The notes beneath the pieces were generated by a model. It did no database searches, was not told the origin of the DNA, and saw only the letters and a list, made by a program, of their open reading frames with translations. Shown here one piece after another: positions 14,984 to 24,654 of a stretch of 48,868 bases of DNA. This stretch comes from a virus, in the UHGV virus genome UHGV-0171424; one strand, written 5' to 3'. The translations under genes and the position numbers were made by a program. Numbering within the stretch: the stretch's first letter is position 1; every line of letters begins with the position of its first letter.

Positions 14984-17158
14984 ATGCACTATTTATCAAA
15001 ATGCGAGGATGCAACTTGCGGCAAAACATACCCTGCTGACCTCCACAATTGCCCCCACTGTGGGGCTGATTCAGCGTTCTCCAGTATTGCACCACTGGAC
15101 CCCAAGTGGTGGCCTTACGACATTGAAACGTATCCAAACATTTTTACTGCCACTTTCATCCATGCTGCGACCGGTATGGAACTGGTGTATGAAATTAGTG
15201 ACCGTAAAAACCAACAGCAAGAAATGGTTGACTTCATATTCAACCTGGGAAAATCCGGCGCATGGGGCGTGGGCTTTAACAACATGTCATTCGACTACCC
15301 CGTGTTGCATTTCATCGCACATAACCCCGGTTGCACAGTGAAGGATATTTACGACTGCTCACAACGAACCATTAAGGTGAGTAACGTTAATCGTTGGTCT
15401 GTGATGATGTGGGACCGTGACCAGATATTTCCACAGTTGGATTTGCTGTTGCTCAATCATTTCGACAACAAGGCACGCATGACAAGCCTGAAAGCGCTCG
15501 AAGTTGCAATGAAATCGCCAAACGTGAAAGACCTTCCTTTCCCTGTTGGAATGGCTCTGAACGATGCCCAGAAAGATGAATTAATCACGTATAACATTCA
15601 TGACGTGCGCGAAACGACGAAATTTATGATGCGCTGTCTGTCGGCTATTCAGTTTCGTGAAGAACTGTGCCAGACACACGGTCGCAACTTTATGAACCAT
15701 AACGACACGAAAATCGGTAAAGATTATTTCGTTATGGAACTGGAGAAAAACGGAATCCAGTGCTTCAACCGTGACGATAAGGGTCGAAAGCTCGGACCAC
15801 GGCAAACCCCACGTGAAAGCATTTGTTTCGCAGATGTGATTTTTCCATACATCAAATTTGACCGCCCGGAATTCAACGAGATTTTGAAGCGCTTCCAGTC
15901 GAAAACCATTTACAAAAAAGAACTCGATGAACTGGAAAAAGCAGAAGGAAAAAAAGATAAATTAGTGACAAAAGGTGTGTTTAGCGACCTGGAATGTACC
16001 ATTAATGGGTACACTTTTGTATTTGGTGTCGGCGGCATCCACGGGTCGATTGAGTCCCAGATTGTGGAAACGAATGACACACATCAACTCGTCGACATCG
16101 ATGTTTCAAGCATGTACCCCAGCATAGCGATTGCAAACCGTATTTACCCGGAACATCTGGGGGAGAAGTTTTGCGATATCAATGAATACTTCTTCAATGA
16201 GCGTATGCGCGTAGGGAAGAAAACTACACCGGGTGCAGTGTACAAGCTCTCAATGAATGGTGTGTACGGCGACAGTAACAACGCGTTTGGACCATTTTAC
16301 GACCCGAAATACACGATGACTGTCACTGTCAACGGTCAGTTAATGCTTGCAATGTTATGTGAGGGATTGATGAAAATCCCCGGCCTATCCATTGTGCAAA
16401 CGAACACTGATGGCGTCACGATGATGTGTCCACACGTTGAGCTCGACAATATGCGCGCAATTTGTCGGGCATGGGAAGCAATCACCAAACTGGAACTTGA
16501 GGAAGTGTTCTACAAGCGTATGCCAATCCGCGACGTCAACAATTACTTGGCTCTCAATAATAAAGGAAATATAAAACGCAAGGGAGCTTACGAATACGAG
16601 TACCAATGGCATCAGGACCCATCCGCAACAATCGTGGGTAAAGCTGCTGAAGCCGCACTCCTGTTTGACACTGACATCCGCACGTTTATCACGCAGCATC
16701 GTGACCCGTTCGATTTTATGCTGCGAGCAAAAGTGCCTCGTTCTGCACGTCTGGTGATGCGTTGGCCGGAATGGGGCGCTGAACGAGAAATGCAGAATAC
16801 CACACGTGTGTTTATCTCGCGCAACGGTGGGTCACTGGTCAAGCTGTTACCTCCAACAGGTGTACCGGGTACATGGAAGCGTAAGAACGGTATCAAAGAC
16901 GACGTGTACAATACGGTAATGCGTGAGATTACCGGTCAACCGGGAGACCTCGACAGCATAGGTACACCGTGGGACGAGCGTATCCACACGAAGAGTCGCA
17001 GCAAGCATGATGTAGTGCGTGAAACCGGGATGTATGTCGGATGGAAGGTAACAGAGTGTGCCGATGCTAATGATTTCGACTGGGGGAGTCTGGACTATGA
17101 GTATTATGTGAAGGAAGCGGAAAAGTTAGTTTTACCGTTGACGAGCGCGTCAAAATAG
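14984..17158 (+). CDS. DNA polymerase (family-B-like motifs) with 3'-5' exonuclease and N-terminal Zn-ribbon
   Basis: 724 aa; N-terminal CGKT...CPHCG; Exo I YDIET; motif A DIDVSSMYPSI; motif B KLSMNGVYG; motif C-like TNTDG. Confidence 0.75.
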   Translation: MHYLSKCEDATCGKTYPADLHNCPHCGADSAFSSIAPLDPKWWPYDIETYPNIFTATFIHAATGMELVYEISDRKNQQQEMVDFIFNLGKSGAWGVGFNNMSFDYPVLHFIAHNPGCTVKDIYDCSQRTIKVSNVNRWSVMMWDRDQIFPQLDLLLLNHFDNKARMTSLKALEVAMKSPNVKDLPFPVGMALNDAQKDELITYNIHDVRETTKFMMRCLSAIQFREELCQTHGRNFMNHNDTKIGKDYFVMELEKNGIQCFNRDDKGRKLGPRQTPRESICFADVIFPYIKFDRPEFNEILKRFQSKTIYKKELDELEKAEGKKDKLVTKGVFSDLECTINGYTFVFGVGGIHGSIESQIVETNDTHQLVDIDVSSMYPSIAIANRIYPEHLGEKFCDINEYFFNERMRVGKKTTPGAVYKLSMNGVYGDSNNAFGPFYDPKYTMTVTVNGQLMLAMLCEGLMKIPGLSIVQTNTDGVTMMCPHVELDNMRAICRAWEAITKLELEEVFYKRMPIRDVNNYLALNNKGNIKRKGAYEYEYQWHQDPSATIVGKAAEAALLFDTDIRTFITQHRDPFDFMLRAKVPRSARLVMRWPEWGAEREMQNTTRVFISRNGGSLVKLLPPTGVPGTWKRKNGIKDDVYNTVMREITGQPGDLDSIGTPWDERIHTKSRSKHDVVRETGMYVGWKVTECADANDFDWGSLDYEYYVKEAEKLVLPLTSASK

Positions 17159-17166
17159 TTTAGAGT
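17138..17166 (+). promoter_or_regulatory. palindromic promoter (TTGACG-agcg-CGTCAA, N7, TAGAGT) overlapping the pol stop codon
   Basis: TTGACG at 17138-17143, CGTCAA at 17148-17153, TAGAGT at 17161-17166. Confidence 0.55.
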
Positions 17167-17198
17167 TAGTCATATCAACAACGGAGAGGGTAGACGAG

Positions 17199-17528
17199 AT
17201 GAAAGTGTTAGTTATTTACCAAAACATCCCTGAATCAACCAATGTTCACATCATTGAAGCGGACGGTGAGGATTTGGAGATACTTAAAAAATGTCACAAC
17301 TGTTATGTGAATGCTGGAGATATGACGGATGAGCAAGAGAAAGCTACTGACAAACTGAATTTCTTCCTGTCAAAACCGGAATACATCGATGAAGAATTTG
17401 CGAATCAGGTTGCGTTACCAGTGGGAGAAGGGGCTAAGTGGTGGGGTACCATGGTAGATGACTCCAATCCCATCGACCTGTCGAAATACAATGTAGACCT
17501 TGTGGTCTGTACTGGGTTCTTAATGTAA
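17199..17528 (+). CDS. acidic small protein (net charge about -12), hypothetical
   Basis: 109 aa rich in D/E; single-gene unit with its own promoter and terminator. Confidence 0.5.
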   Translation: MKVLVIYQNIPESTNVHIIEADGEDLEILKKCHNCYVNAGDMTDEQEKATDKLNFFLSKPEYIDEEFANQVALPVGEGAKWWGTMVDDSNPIDLSKYNVDLVVCTGFLM

Positions 17529-17536
17529 TAAAACTA

Positions 17537-17565
17537 CCGGCGCGTCACTGCGCCGGGTCCAAGAG
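17537..17565. terminator. bidirectional terminator hairpin between convergent genes
   Basis: CCGGCGCG-tcact-GCGCCGG stem; T-rich tract on the minus strand (TAGTTTTATT). Confidence 0.6.
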
Positions 17566-17856
17566 TTTTCGACGCATTTCAGCAAGTTCAATTTCTGCCT
17601 TTTCACGCTCAATTCGCGCAATGATTTCCTTTTCCTTACGCTCGGCGGACTCATTACGAATTCGCCGTATGTGGCCGTAAATCATAATGATGGTCAACAG
17701 AATACCGCACAGGGTGGCAAAGATACCGATGGTTTCGGGGGTGATACCGTATTTAGTCATCAACCCCGTCATCGTCGTCCCGCTTGCTACCAGTGCCCCC
17801 GCTTGTGTGTTTCCGGTGAAGCTCATAGTATTTTCTCGCTTTGATGTACCACTCAA
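17545..17856 (-). CDS. holin-like protein (single TMD, charged C-terminus)
   Basis: 103 aa; TMD IGIFATLCGILLTIIMIY; highly charged C-terminal tail; adjacent to the lysis genes. Confidence 0.45.
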   Translation of the reverse strand: MSGTSKRENTMSFTGNTQAGALVASGTTMTGLMTKYGITPETIGIFATLCGILLTIIMIYGHIRRIRNESAERKEKEIIARIEREKAEIELAEMRRKLLDPAQ

Positions 17857-18263
17857 CGACCTGCGCCAACATAAGGATGATGACCAGAGTTGTCGATACG
17901 AACCGCAATACCTCCAGCATCGTCACTGTCCTTTTTCAGTATCGTGAGGATTGCCGCGCAGTATAACATCGTGAACATTGCCGCATAGACGTCGAGCGGT
18001 TGATAGAAAAACCACAGGGGCCAGCCCATCAGATTAATCAACATGGAAACAATGCTGATGAGCATCATATCAAGAGACTTTCGGGATGTTCCGAACCGGT
18101 ACAGAATACCGGCTACGATGAAATCACAAAATGCGGCGAGGAAAAAATAAATCGAACCATCCAGATTGCCGCACAACTCCTGGAAAAGAGTTGCCACCAT
18201 CACAAAGAGAAATGAGGCTCCCCGGGGTCTGGCGATTACTGAGGCAATCAGGAAGGTGTACAT
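17853..18263 (-). CDS. 4-TMD membrane protein (possible holin/antiholin partner)
   Basis: 136 aa with four hydrophobic segments; ATGA overlap with the holin-like gene. Confidence 0.4.
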   Translation of the reverse strand: MYTFLIASVIARPRGASFLFVMVATLFQELCGNLDGSIYFFLAAFCDFIVAGILYRFGTSRKSLDMMLISIVSMLINLMGWPLWFFYQPLDVYAAMFTMLYCAAILTILKKDSDDAGGIAVRIDNSGHHPYVGAGR

Positions 18264-18266
18264 TGT

Positions 18267-18377
18267 CTATTTGGTCCGGCGTTTTACTTTGGCACCGCCC
18301 GCGTCACCGGTTTTACTGCGGGGTTTTACATTTGCGCCACCGGCGTCACCTGCTTTACGTGGTTTAGTCTTGTACAT
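18267..18377 (-). CDS. possible 36-aa basic tandem-repeat peptide (KAGDAGGANVK / KTGDAGGAKVK)
   Basis: ORF spanning an imperfect 33-bp tandem DNA repeat; RBS-like AAGGG upstream; speculative. Confidence 0.2.
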   Translation of the reverse strand: MYKTKPRKAGDAGGANVKPRSKTGDAGGAKVKRRTK

Positions 18378-18431
18378 TTTATCGCCCTTGTATGTTAGGA
18401 TTAAGCCTAATTGTACAGCAGGTGTTACCAA

Positions 18432-18992
18432 ATGAAAAATCCTTTAAGTAAACAAATGACCGCCCTTCTCACCGCATTTGCAATGGGTGGTACGGGTACT
18501 GCGGTAGTCACGCAGACGGACATCCTCAATCAGTTCCTGAACGAGAAGGAAGGGAACAGGCTGACGGCATATCTGGACAGTGCAAATCCTCCCATCTGGA
18601 CCATCTGCCGGGGTGTGACGCGCATCGATGGTAGGCCGGTGACAAAGGGTATGCGGCTTACTGAAAAGCAATGCGACCTTCTGAACGACAAAGAAGCGCA
18701 AAAGTCGCTCAAATGGGTACGTGACAATATCCCGGTAAAACTAAACCCGGTACAACAGGTTGGCATTGCATCGTTCTGCCCGTACAACATTGGTCCCACC
18801 AAATGTAAGGGGTCGACATTCTTCAAATTGCTGCAAAAAGGCGACTGGAAGAACGCGTGCAAACAGATTCCTCGTTGGGTGTTTGATGGTGGTCGTGACT
18901 GCCGCATTAAAAGTAACAACTGTTCCGGGCAGCCGATTCGCCGGGAGCAGGAAGAGTATTTGTGCCTGTATACACTGGGGGAATCGAAATGA
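18432..18992 (+). CDS. SAR endolysin (T4-type GH24 lysozyme with N-terminal signal-anchor-release domain)
   Basis: catalytic E-x8-D-x5-T motif EGNRLTAYLDSANPPIWTICRG; N-terminal Gly/Ala-rich weakly hydrophobic segment ALLTAFAMGGTGTAVV. Confidence 0.75.
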   Translation: MKNPLSKQMTALLTAFAMGGTGTAVVTQTDILNQFLNEKEGNRLTAYLDSANPPIWTICRGVTRIDGRPVTKGMRLTEKQCDLLNDKEAQKSLKWVRDNIPVKLNPVQQVGIASFCPYNIGPTKCKGSTFFKLLQKGDWKNACKQIPRWVFDGGRDCRIKSNNCSGQPIRREQEEYLCLYTLGESK

Positions 18993-19318
18993 CAATGTTA
19001 CAGCGGGTAGTAATTGTTGTGGGAATCGTATTCGTGACATGTACATATTGGCTAGGTTATTATCACGGTGAGCGGTCGGTCAAGCTGGACGATTTCAAAG
19101 AATACAAAGCAGCCGTCGAAGCCCGTGACGCGCTGCAGGAAAAACTCAATGCTTCTGATGTGGAATTGCAGAAAAAGCAACAGGAACTGGAAGAAGCCCG
19201 GGCCAGAAAAGTCGGTGAAAAAGTCATCGTCTACCGTGACCGAATCAAAGACTCCGCCACCGCTCAGTGTGTCAAAGAGAGTGGTATCCTCGACCTGTAT
19301 GATGCGACCGTAAAATGA
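18989..19318 (+). CDS. i-spanin (Rz-like: N-terminal TMD plus coiled coil)
   Basis: MTMLQRVVIVVGIVFVTC TMD then a charged helical region; RBS GGGGG; overlaps the endolysin stop. Confidence 0.6.
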   Translation: MTMLQRVVIVVGIVFVTCTYWLGYYHGERSVKLDDFKEYKAAVEARDALQEKLNASDVELQKKQQELEEARARKVGEKVIVYRDRIKDSATAQCVKESGILDLYDATVK

Positions 19319-19551
19319 AAAAACTTATCCTGCTGGTAGCAGTACTTACTTTAACCGCCTGCGCTCAGGAAGTGCGTAATTGCCCGCCTCCGTCTAACGA
19401 CCTGCTTACGCCGAGCGGTGAGTTGTGGACAACCGATGGTGACCCCGAAAAGGCCGCTACGGTAATCCCACATAACGGGGAAGTTCTGATGGCCGACCGG
19501 GACAGAGTGTCCCGGTGGCAAAACTGGTGGGAAGGTTGTAAAATCTTATGA
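19315..19551 (+). CDS. o-spanin (Rz1-like outer-membrane lipoprotein, separate gene)
   Basis: lipobox LTLTAC, Pro-rich mature part, ATGA overlap with the i-spanin. Confidence 0.6.
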   Translation: MKKLILLVAVLTLTACAQEVRNCPPPSNDLLTPSGELWTTDGDPEKAATVIPHNGEVLMADRDRVSRWQNWWEGCKIL

Positions 19552-20439
19552 GTATTCTTCGATGATGACGATTCCCGGGCGTCCAGCGGCACCGTTTCTC
19601 AATGGCTGAGATGGACCGTTGGAACACCCGGATGCTCCGGAACCCCAACCACCGCCGGTTACTGCCGGGTTGTTGATTGTCTGCACCGCACCACCCACAC
19701 CCGTGAGCCCATCTGAACCCCTGGAACCGATAGTGACATCGGTCGAAATGGCGAAGCCAGCGGCGGAACCCGGTCCAGAAACACCGAAGATGTTCCAGCC
19801 GGTAGGGGAATTACTGTTGGCGTTGGCGACTGGTTGGAATGGTGGGGTTGCCGGACCAGCCGGTAGGCCGGCTTTACCACCCGGACAGCTAATCAAGGTG
19901 CCCACGGACGTCGTTCCACCATCGCCACCGTAAGTGGATGAAGATGTGCCACCGGCACCACCCGCACCAATCGTCACTTGCAGAGAATTAATCGTGGCAA
20001 CATCGTAAATGCCCTCAGCATAAGCACCGGCCCCACCACCGTTACTCATCGATGTTTGACCGGCCCCAGTGGCTGCCGCCGCGGAGCTACCACCGCCACC
20101 ACCAACCGCTCTAATTCTCCACTTTTTGGCACCCGGGGTCTTCGATACCACCGTATTGGTTGTGAACGCGCGGACATTAAGTAATCTTCCCGGTGTCGCA
20201 ATCATCAACGCATCATAAAGTTGACTGTTCACCCCATTATCGACAGTCCCGTTCGGCGTAACACCTGCTACGTTAAGCACGCGAGCGAAAAAACCACTCA
20301 TATCGTTGGCCCAATCAGCCTCGAAATATGAACCATCTTCTGCTGTCGGTGATGTACGGTTTTTAAATGCGCCCTGAGGTTGCTCCGTCGTGGGATTTTC
20401 AAACCGCCCTGGATAACGATTGCTACGGTCTAAAGCCAT
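19546..20439 (-). CDS. glycine-rich tail fiber protein
   Basis: 297 aa; long Gly/Ser/Ala-rich repeats (GGGGGSSAAAATGAG..., GAGGAGGTSSSTYGGDGG); last gene of the tail operon. Confidence 0.5.
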   Translation of the reverse strand: MALDRSNRYPGRFENPTTEQPQGAFKNRTSPTAEDGSYFEADWANDMSGFFARVLNVAGVTPNGTVDNGVNSQLYDALMIATPGRLLNVRAFTTNTVVSKTPGAKKWRIRAVGGGGGSSAAAATGAGQTSMSNGGGAGAYAEGIYDVATINSLQVTIGAGGAGGTSSSTYGGDGGTTSVGTLISCPGGKAGLPAGPATPPFQPVANANSNSPTGWNIFGVSGPGSAAGFAISTDVTIGSRGSDGLTGVGGAVQTINNPAVTGGGWGSGASGCSNGPSQPLRNGAAGRPGIVIIEEYS

Positions 20440-20442
20440 TAT

Positions 20443-21210
20443 TTAAACTCCTATAAATCCGGTCGCTTGTGCCAATGAGTCACCAAACTGAGTTGATGAG
20501 TCACCTGCCTGTACATAATCATAAGCCTCAAGGAAACCATTGAATTTTACACCCTGCGGCTTCGGAACGAAAGAGGCATTGAGGAGCGCCCACCGTTCGA
20601 GGTCTGTGATTTGCCCGTAGAATTCCACGGAGAAACTCATGTCCTCACCGTCAACCAGACGAGTAACCTGTGCGTTAGGTAACAGGAAATTCACCCCATT
20701 AATAATGTCTTCAATGGTCGCGTATGAGTTGTTTTTAAGAATTTTAGATTTAATTGCCAGGCGATATAAGTTGTCCGACATTGCCATCGACTGGTCAACA
20801 GATGGCACACTACACATCGCAGAGGTGTCACCGAATTCAGCAGGACCATTAACATCGCTGGCGCACATCGCCGTTTCCATAGTGACTTCACCCATAAAAT
20901 CCCTGGGTATCACCACAATGCGCCCAATAACGTCTAGTTGCTCACCTTGCGCACCGTCGATCGAATACATAATACGGACAGCTGCAGCCACATCTGCAAT
21001 CTGCGTACCCAGACTACGCGTGATGTTATACCAAGCGGCAGCCTTTGGCTTGTTACGATACTGAGCGTAGATGCGATTTGGGGCATCTGACTCATTTGCG
21101 ACGTAGCCGCTGACAATCGTCAGCGGTACGAAGTAGGGGGCCGGGAAGAAGTTCATCAGTACCCACGGGAATTGATGGAAGATGTAGTAATGATACCGCG
21201 AATCTCTCAT
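20443..21210 (-). CDS. tail/baseplate-associated protein (gpI-like, putative)
   Basis: 255 aa; lies between the tail spike and distal fiber genes. Confidence 0.35.
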   Translation of the reverse strand: MRDSRYHYYIFHQFPWVLMNFFPAPYFVPLTIVSGYVANESDAPNRIYAQYRNKPKAAAWYNITRSLGTQIADVAAAVRIMYSIDGAQGEQLDVIGRIVVIPRDFMGEVTMETAMCASDVNGPAEFGDTSAMCSVPSVDQSMAMSDNLYRLAIKSKILKNNSYATIEDIINGVNFLLPNAQVTRLVDGEDMSFSVEFYGQITDLERWALLNASFVPKPQGVKFNGFLEAYDYVQAGDSSTQFGDSLAQATGFIGV

Positions 21211-21256
21211 TAGTCAATTCAGGTGCGTTGTGGACGGGTGAAAGGGGCTTACGCCC

Positions 21257-21406
21257 CTAAACTATTTCAAATGTCAATCCTTCTTTGTCAGAAAACCCGT
21301 TATTCATTAAGTAATCCAACACGTAATCTTGTTTTTCAATTTCGTCGGAAAACGATGAGTCGCCATCATCTATTTCCACTGTAACCGGAAGGTCGCCGGT
21401 TGTCAT
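21257..21406 (-). CDS. small acidic protein (49 aa), possible fiber assembly factor
   Basis: ORF found by hand immediately downstream of the tail spike gene; followed by an AGGGGC-GTAA-GCCCCT hairpin. Confidence 0.3.
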   Translation of the reverse strand: MTTGDLPVTVEIDDGDSSFSDEIEKQDYVLDYLMNNGFSDKEGLTFEIV

Positions 21407-21442
21407 AAACCACACGTTTACTTTCAACATTTAATACCCTCC

Positions 21443-23449
21443 CTATGTGAAATTGATGATGAAATTATCGATATCAATCACCGCGCCTTCACGGCAGCGG
21501 ATAGATACTTCACAATATTCGGCGCCCTGTGGTACTCGACCCTGTATGAATTGTCCCACAGATTGCCACCCGCTCGGAGTATTAGTGAAAGAACTACTTG
21601 CACCCGATTGGATCGATTTGTCAGCCCTGTCGTAGAACGTAACGGTTAGTGCTCCCGCCGTCGTCCCTGTACCGGCGGTTATGGTATTGACTTGACACGT
21701 GGTCCTGTAATAACCATGTTGCGTTACTTTTACTTTTTGACTCAGGAAACAACTTGACGACTCGGACGATGTCATTCTCGCTCCATAGACACCTGTTTTC
21801 TTGTATTCCGTACCTACTACGCACGTTTGAGTGCTGACTCCCGTGCTGTTAAATGTCCACGATGATAAATCACCGGACTCGAAGCCGGGATTCAATGTTG
21901 GGTTTAGCGATTTATGAAGTGGGATATTCCCGGCACCAGAACGGATATCGCCGATACAATGACTCGCCGTAACATACCCGTTACCCTCAACAAAAGTTCT
22001 CAACCCTTCTTCCCCGTTCTGGAAGGGATAGTCATTCCCCGGCGTTTTAACGAGAGTGATGTCGATGAAGGCATTTTCCCCTACGTAGAATAACGGTTTC
22101 GTTTGCAGCGACGGGTTATTACACACAAGTGTACACCCATTAAGGATGAGTCGCGCCGCAATTCCCGTTACTTCTCCGTAGCGATACCACGCTGACGCCC
22201 CTGGATTTTCAATATTAGCCGCCGAATCCAAGATGACCATGGCACCATTCCCTGTTATCTTAATCGGGGTATTTAACACTGATGTACCAGGCATCCCAAT
22301 GGCAAAACTCGCACATTCCACAAGTATCGGACATCCTTTCATGTCGAATATTTTGCAATTTTGGAAAGTAATTGACTCTCCGGAGTCCGAAAGACCAGCT
22401 GGGAAGTGCATCGCATATGTGCCTCCGGTTGACTCCATCATGAACCCACAATTGATGAATTTATAACGCCAGGTACTATTGGAGCCCCCTAAAACGATGT
22501 CAGCAGTGGAAAACATGCAGTTTTCAATCTTACAGTCGCCATTATAGGTGCCGTTGCTGGAATTGTTATTGTTTCCGATTAACAGCAACTGCTGACCAAT
22601 GTTTTGGATCGCACCTTTGACTTTTATACCACGCATGGATGTACAGTGGTTGTCTGACCCAGCAGGATATGGGCGACTGGAATGAACCCATAAACAGTAA
22701 GGGGCAGTACAACCTGTAAAGTCAATATAGGCGATGCCATTGGGGCTCTCGAAAGAATAGTACCCTAAATCCACTTCCAAACCTTGCGACCCAGTTACAT
22801 AATAGGTTTTCCCCGCCTGTAACACCACATTGACTTTGTTGGACTTCGCATAAGATAGCGCCGACTGGAGCTGTTCTGTGTCAGTGCCTGGTAAATCCTC
22901 CGGCATTATAAACTTAGTTCTTCTGTTAAAAATCTCTATATAATTGTCAAGCCGAGTACCATCGGAATGGGTTACCAGCGAAGTACCGGGAATCGCGGAC
23001 GATGCCAGGTTTTGTCGCAGTAACTGATCCGTACGTGGCCTCCAGTTGACATCGGATAGTGGATCTGTGTCTGGGGGCACAACGTGTGGTAACGTACCCA
23101 CCCATGAATACCAGTTATTGTCCGCCGGGTTGTACACTGCTTTATTGCGGTCTGTAGTATCAAGTGTGCCACCGGTGCTGAAGTCGAAACTACTCGGTTC
23201 GAATGTCGAATTCATTAGCGCATCGATTGCTGATGCTGCCGATGCTGCGGCGTCAGCAGCCGAACTAGAAGCACTATTTGCACTATTAAGTGAATTCGTA
23301 GCACTGCCTGCAGCGGCTGTAGCTGAAGCCGATGCACTCGATACAGCCGCCGATGCGGCGGCTCTCAAATCATCAACTTGCCGGAAGTTATCATCCAGTT
23401 CGTCCCACGTTAAGGGTCGACCTAGGTCTGCACGTTTGATAATGGTCAT
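21443..23449 (-). CDS. tail spike / receptor-binding protein with beta-helix (pectate-lyase-like) domain
   Basis: 668 aa; N-terminus RADLGRPLTWDELDDNF typical of tail fiber/spike anchors; Ala/Ser-rich coiled segment; long beta-rich central domain. Confidence 0.6.
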   Translation of the reverse strand: MTIIKRADLGRPLTWDELDDNFRQVDDLRAAASAAVSSASASATAAAGSATNSLNSANSASSSAADAAASAASAIDALMNSTFEPSSFDFSTGGTLDTTDRNKAVYNPADNNWYSWVGTLPHVVPPDTDPLSDVNWRPRTDQLLRQNLASSAIPGTSLVTHSDGTRLDNYIEIFNRRTKFIMPEDLPGTDTEQLQSALSYAKSNKVNVVLQAGKTYYVTGSQGLEVDLGYYSFESPNGIAYIDFTGCTAPYCLWVHSSRPYPAGSDNHCTSMRGIKVKGAIQNIGQQLLLIGNNNNSSNGTYNGDCKIENCMFSTADIVLGGSNSTWRYKFINCGFMMESTGGTYAMHFPAGLSDSGESITFQNCKIFDMKGCPILVECASFAIGMPGTSVLNTPIKITGNGAMVILDSAANIENPGASAWYRYGEVTGIAARLILNGCTLVCNNPSLQTKPLFYVGENAFIDITLVKTPGNDYPFQNGEEGLRTFVEGNGYVTASHCIGDIRSGAGNIPLHKSLNPTLNPGFESGDLSSWTFNSTGVSTQTCVVGTEYKKTGVYGARMTSSESSSCFLSQKVKVTQHGYYRTTCQVNTITAGTGTTAGALTVTFYDRADKSIQSGASSSFTNTPSGWQSVGQFIQGRVPQGAEYCEVSIRCREGAVIDIDNFIINFT

Positions 23450-24654
23450 ACGATAGTCACCGTGATGTTTGAGGTTGTCCAGCGGGATAATTCGTTAAAC
23501 TTAATGGTAACATTCGCTGTGCCGCCATTCAACGTCATACTGTTAACGTAGCTATTACCGTATGAACCAATAACTTTGTTAATAGGTGTGTAAAGTGAAC
23601 TGTACGGAACTGTTTCACCGATATCAAACCCGTCCGGCTTAAAACCGTACTCTGTCGGAATTAGACCACCCGCAGCGTATTCCATGATGGCGTCCTGAAT
23701 GAGTGGCTCAAGGGTCGCCTGAGACGGTAGCGTACCGTCATCTTTGATTTCGATGACCACCACCATATCCACATACACGGGGCGACTGAATTTGATATCT
23801 TTGGTCATCGTGGGGTAAGTAGGCGACGTGACCGTGACTGTCACACCGGTTCCAGCCTGATAAAGTGCGACACCCGGGTTCTTTTTAAGGTAAATAGCCA
23901 TCGCCACATCATCGTCCGTACCACCATCAACGATGGGCGCAATGCTGTGGCCGGGTTGACCATTACTGTCAGTTGTGGCTTCGTCGTTCTCATAGACACG
24001 CACACGGCGTACACCATCCACATTGAACAGTTGTCCCAGCATTGAATCAACCTGGTTACTACCCGGCAGACCTACAGCTGTTGCTCGTTTAAGGCGTAGC
24101 GACCCATCCGATTCAGCAGATGTACCGGGTGTTGCTGGAGTGGGGTTATTAACTGATACCAGACCAGCAACCGTGTCCACAATGGTTGTGATGGTGTTGG
24201 CGTCCGCTTCGATTTCACCAACCGTGGTACAGGTGATATCGACCGTTGCGGTACCTGAACTATCCAGTGTCCACGTCTGGTCAAGAGTAAATCGATAACC
24301 CGTCACAGACGACTCAAAGCGTGTACCCGCAGGAACCTGAGTACCGGCAACACCCGTTAACACAAACCCTGTAACAGTGGACGCGGTACCTTCACTCCTG
24401 ACGGTACCTGTCAGCGCGCAAATCACATCGAGGTCATAGCCACTGGCTTTGTTCGGGTCTTTGGAGTTATAAGCCTGTTGTAACACTTCATCGAGTGCGG
24501 AGAAGATTTCAGCATCGTGCGCCATCTTCAACCCATCGGGGGTGGACGGGTCAAGATTCCAGTTACTGTCGATATCCAGATATAACTGTTTTTCTTCGTC
24601 GAACCAGTCATTCTGTGATTTTACGCTATAGCCGGTACTGGTTAATTCAGCCAT
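23446..24654 (-). CDS. baseplate J-like protein (P2 gpJ / Mu gp47 family)
   Basis: 402 aa; size and position after the gp25-like gene; ATGA overlap. Confidence 0.6.
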   Translation of the reverse strand: MAELTSTGYSVKSQNDWFDEEKQLYLDIDSNWNLDPSTPDGLKMAHDAEIFSALDEVLQQAYNSKDPNKASGYDLDVICALTGTVRSEGTASTVTGFVLTGVAGTQVPAGTRFESSVTGYRFTLDQTWTLDSSGTATVDITCTTVGEIEADANTITTIVDTVAGLVSVNNPTPATPGTSAESDGSLRLKRATAVGLPGSNQVDSMLGQLFNVDGVRRVRVYENDEATTDSNGQPGHSIAPIVDGGTDDDVAMAIYLKKNPGVALYQAGTGVTVTVTSPTYPTMTKDIKFSRPVYVDMVVVIEIKDDGTLPSQATLEPLIQDAIMEYAAGGLIPTEYGFKPDGFDIGETVPYSSLYTPINKVIGSYGNSYVNSMTLNGGTANVTIKFNELSRWTTSNITVTIV

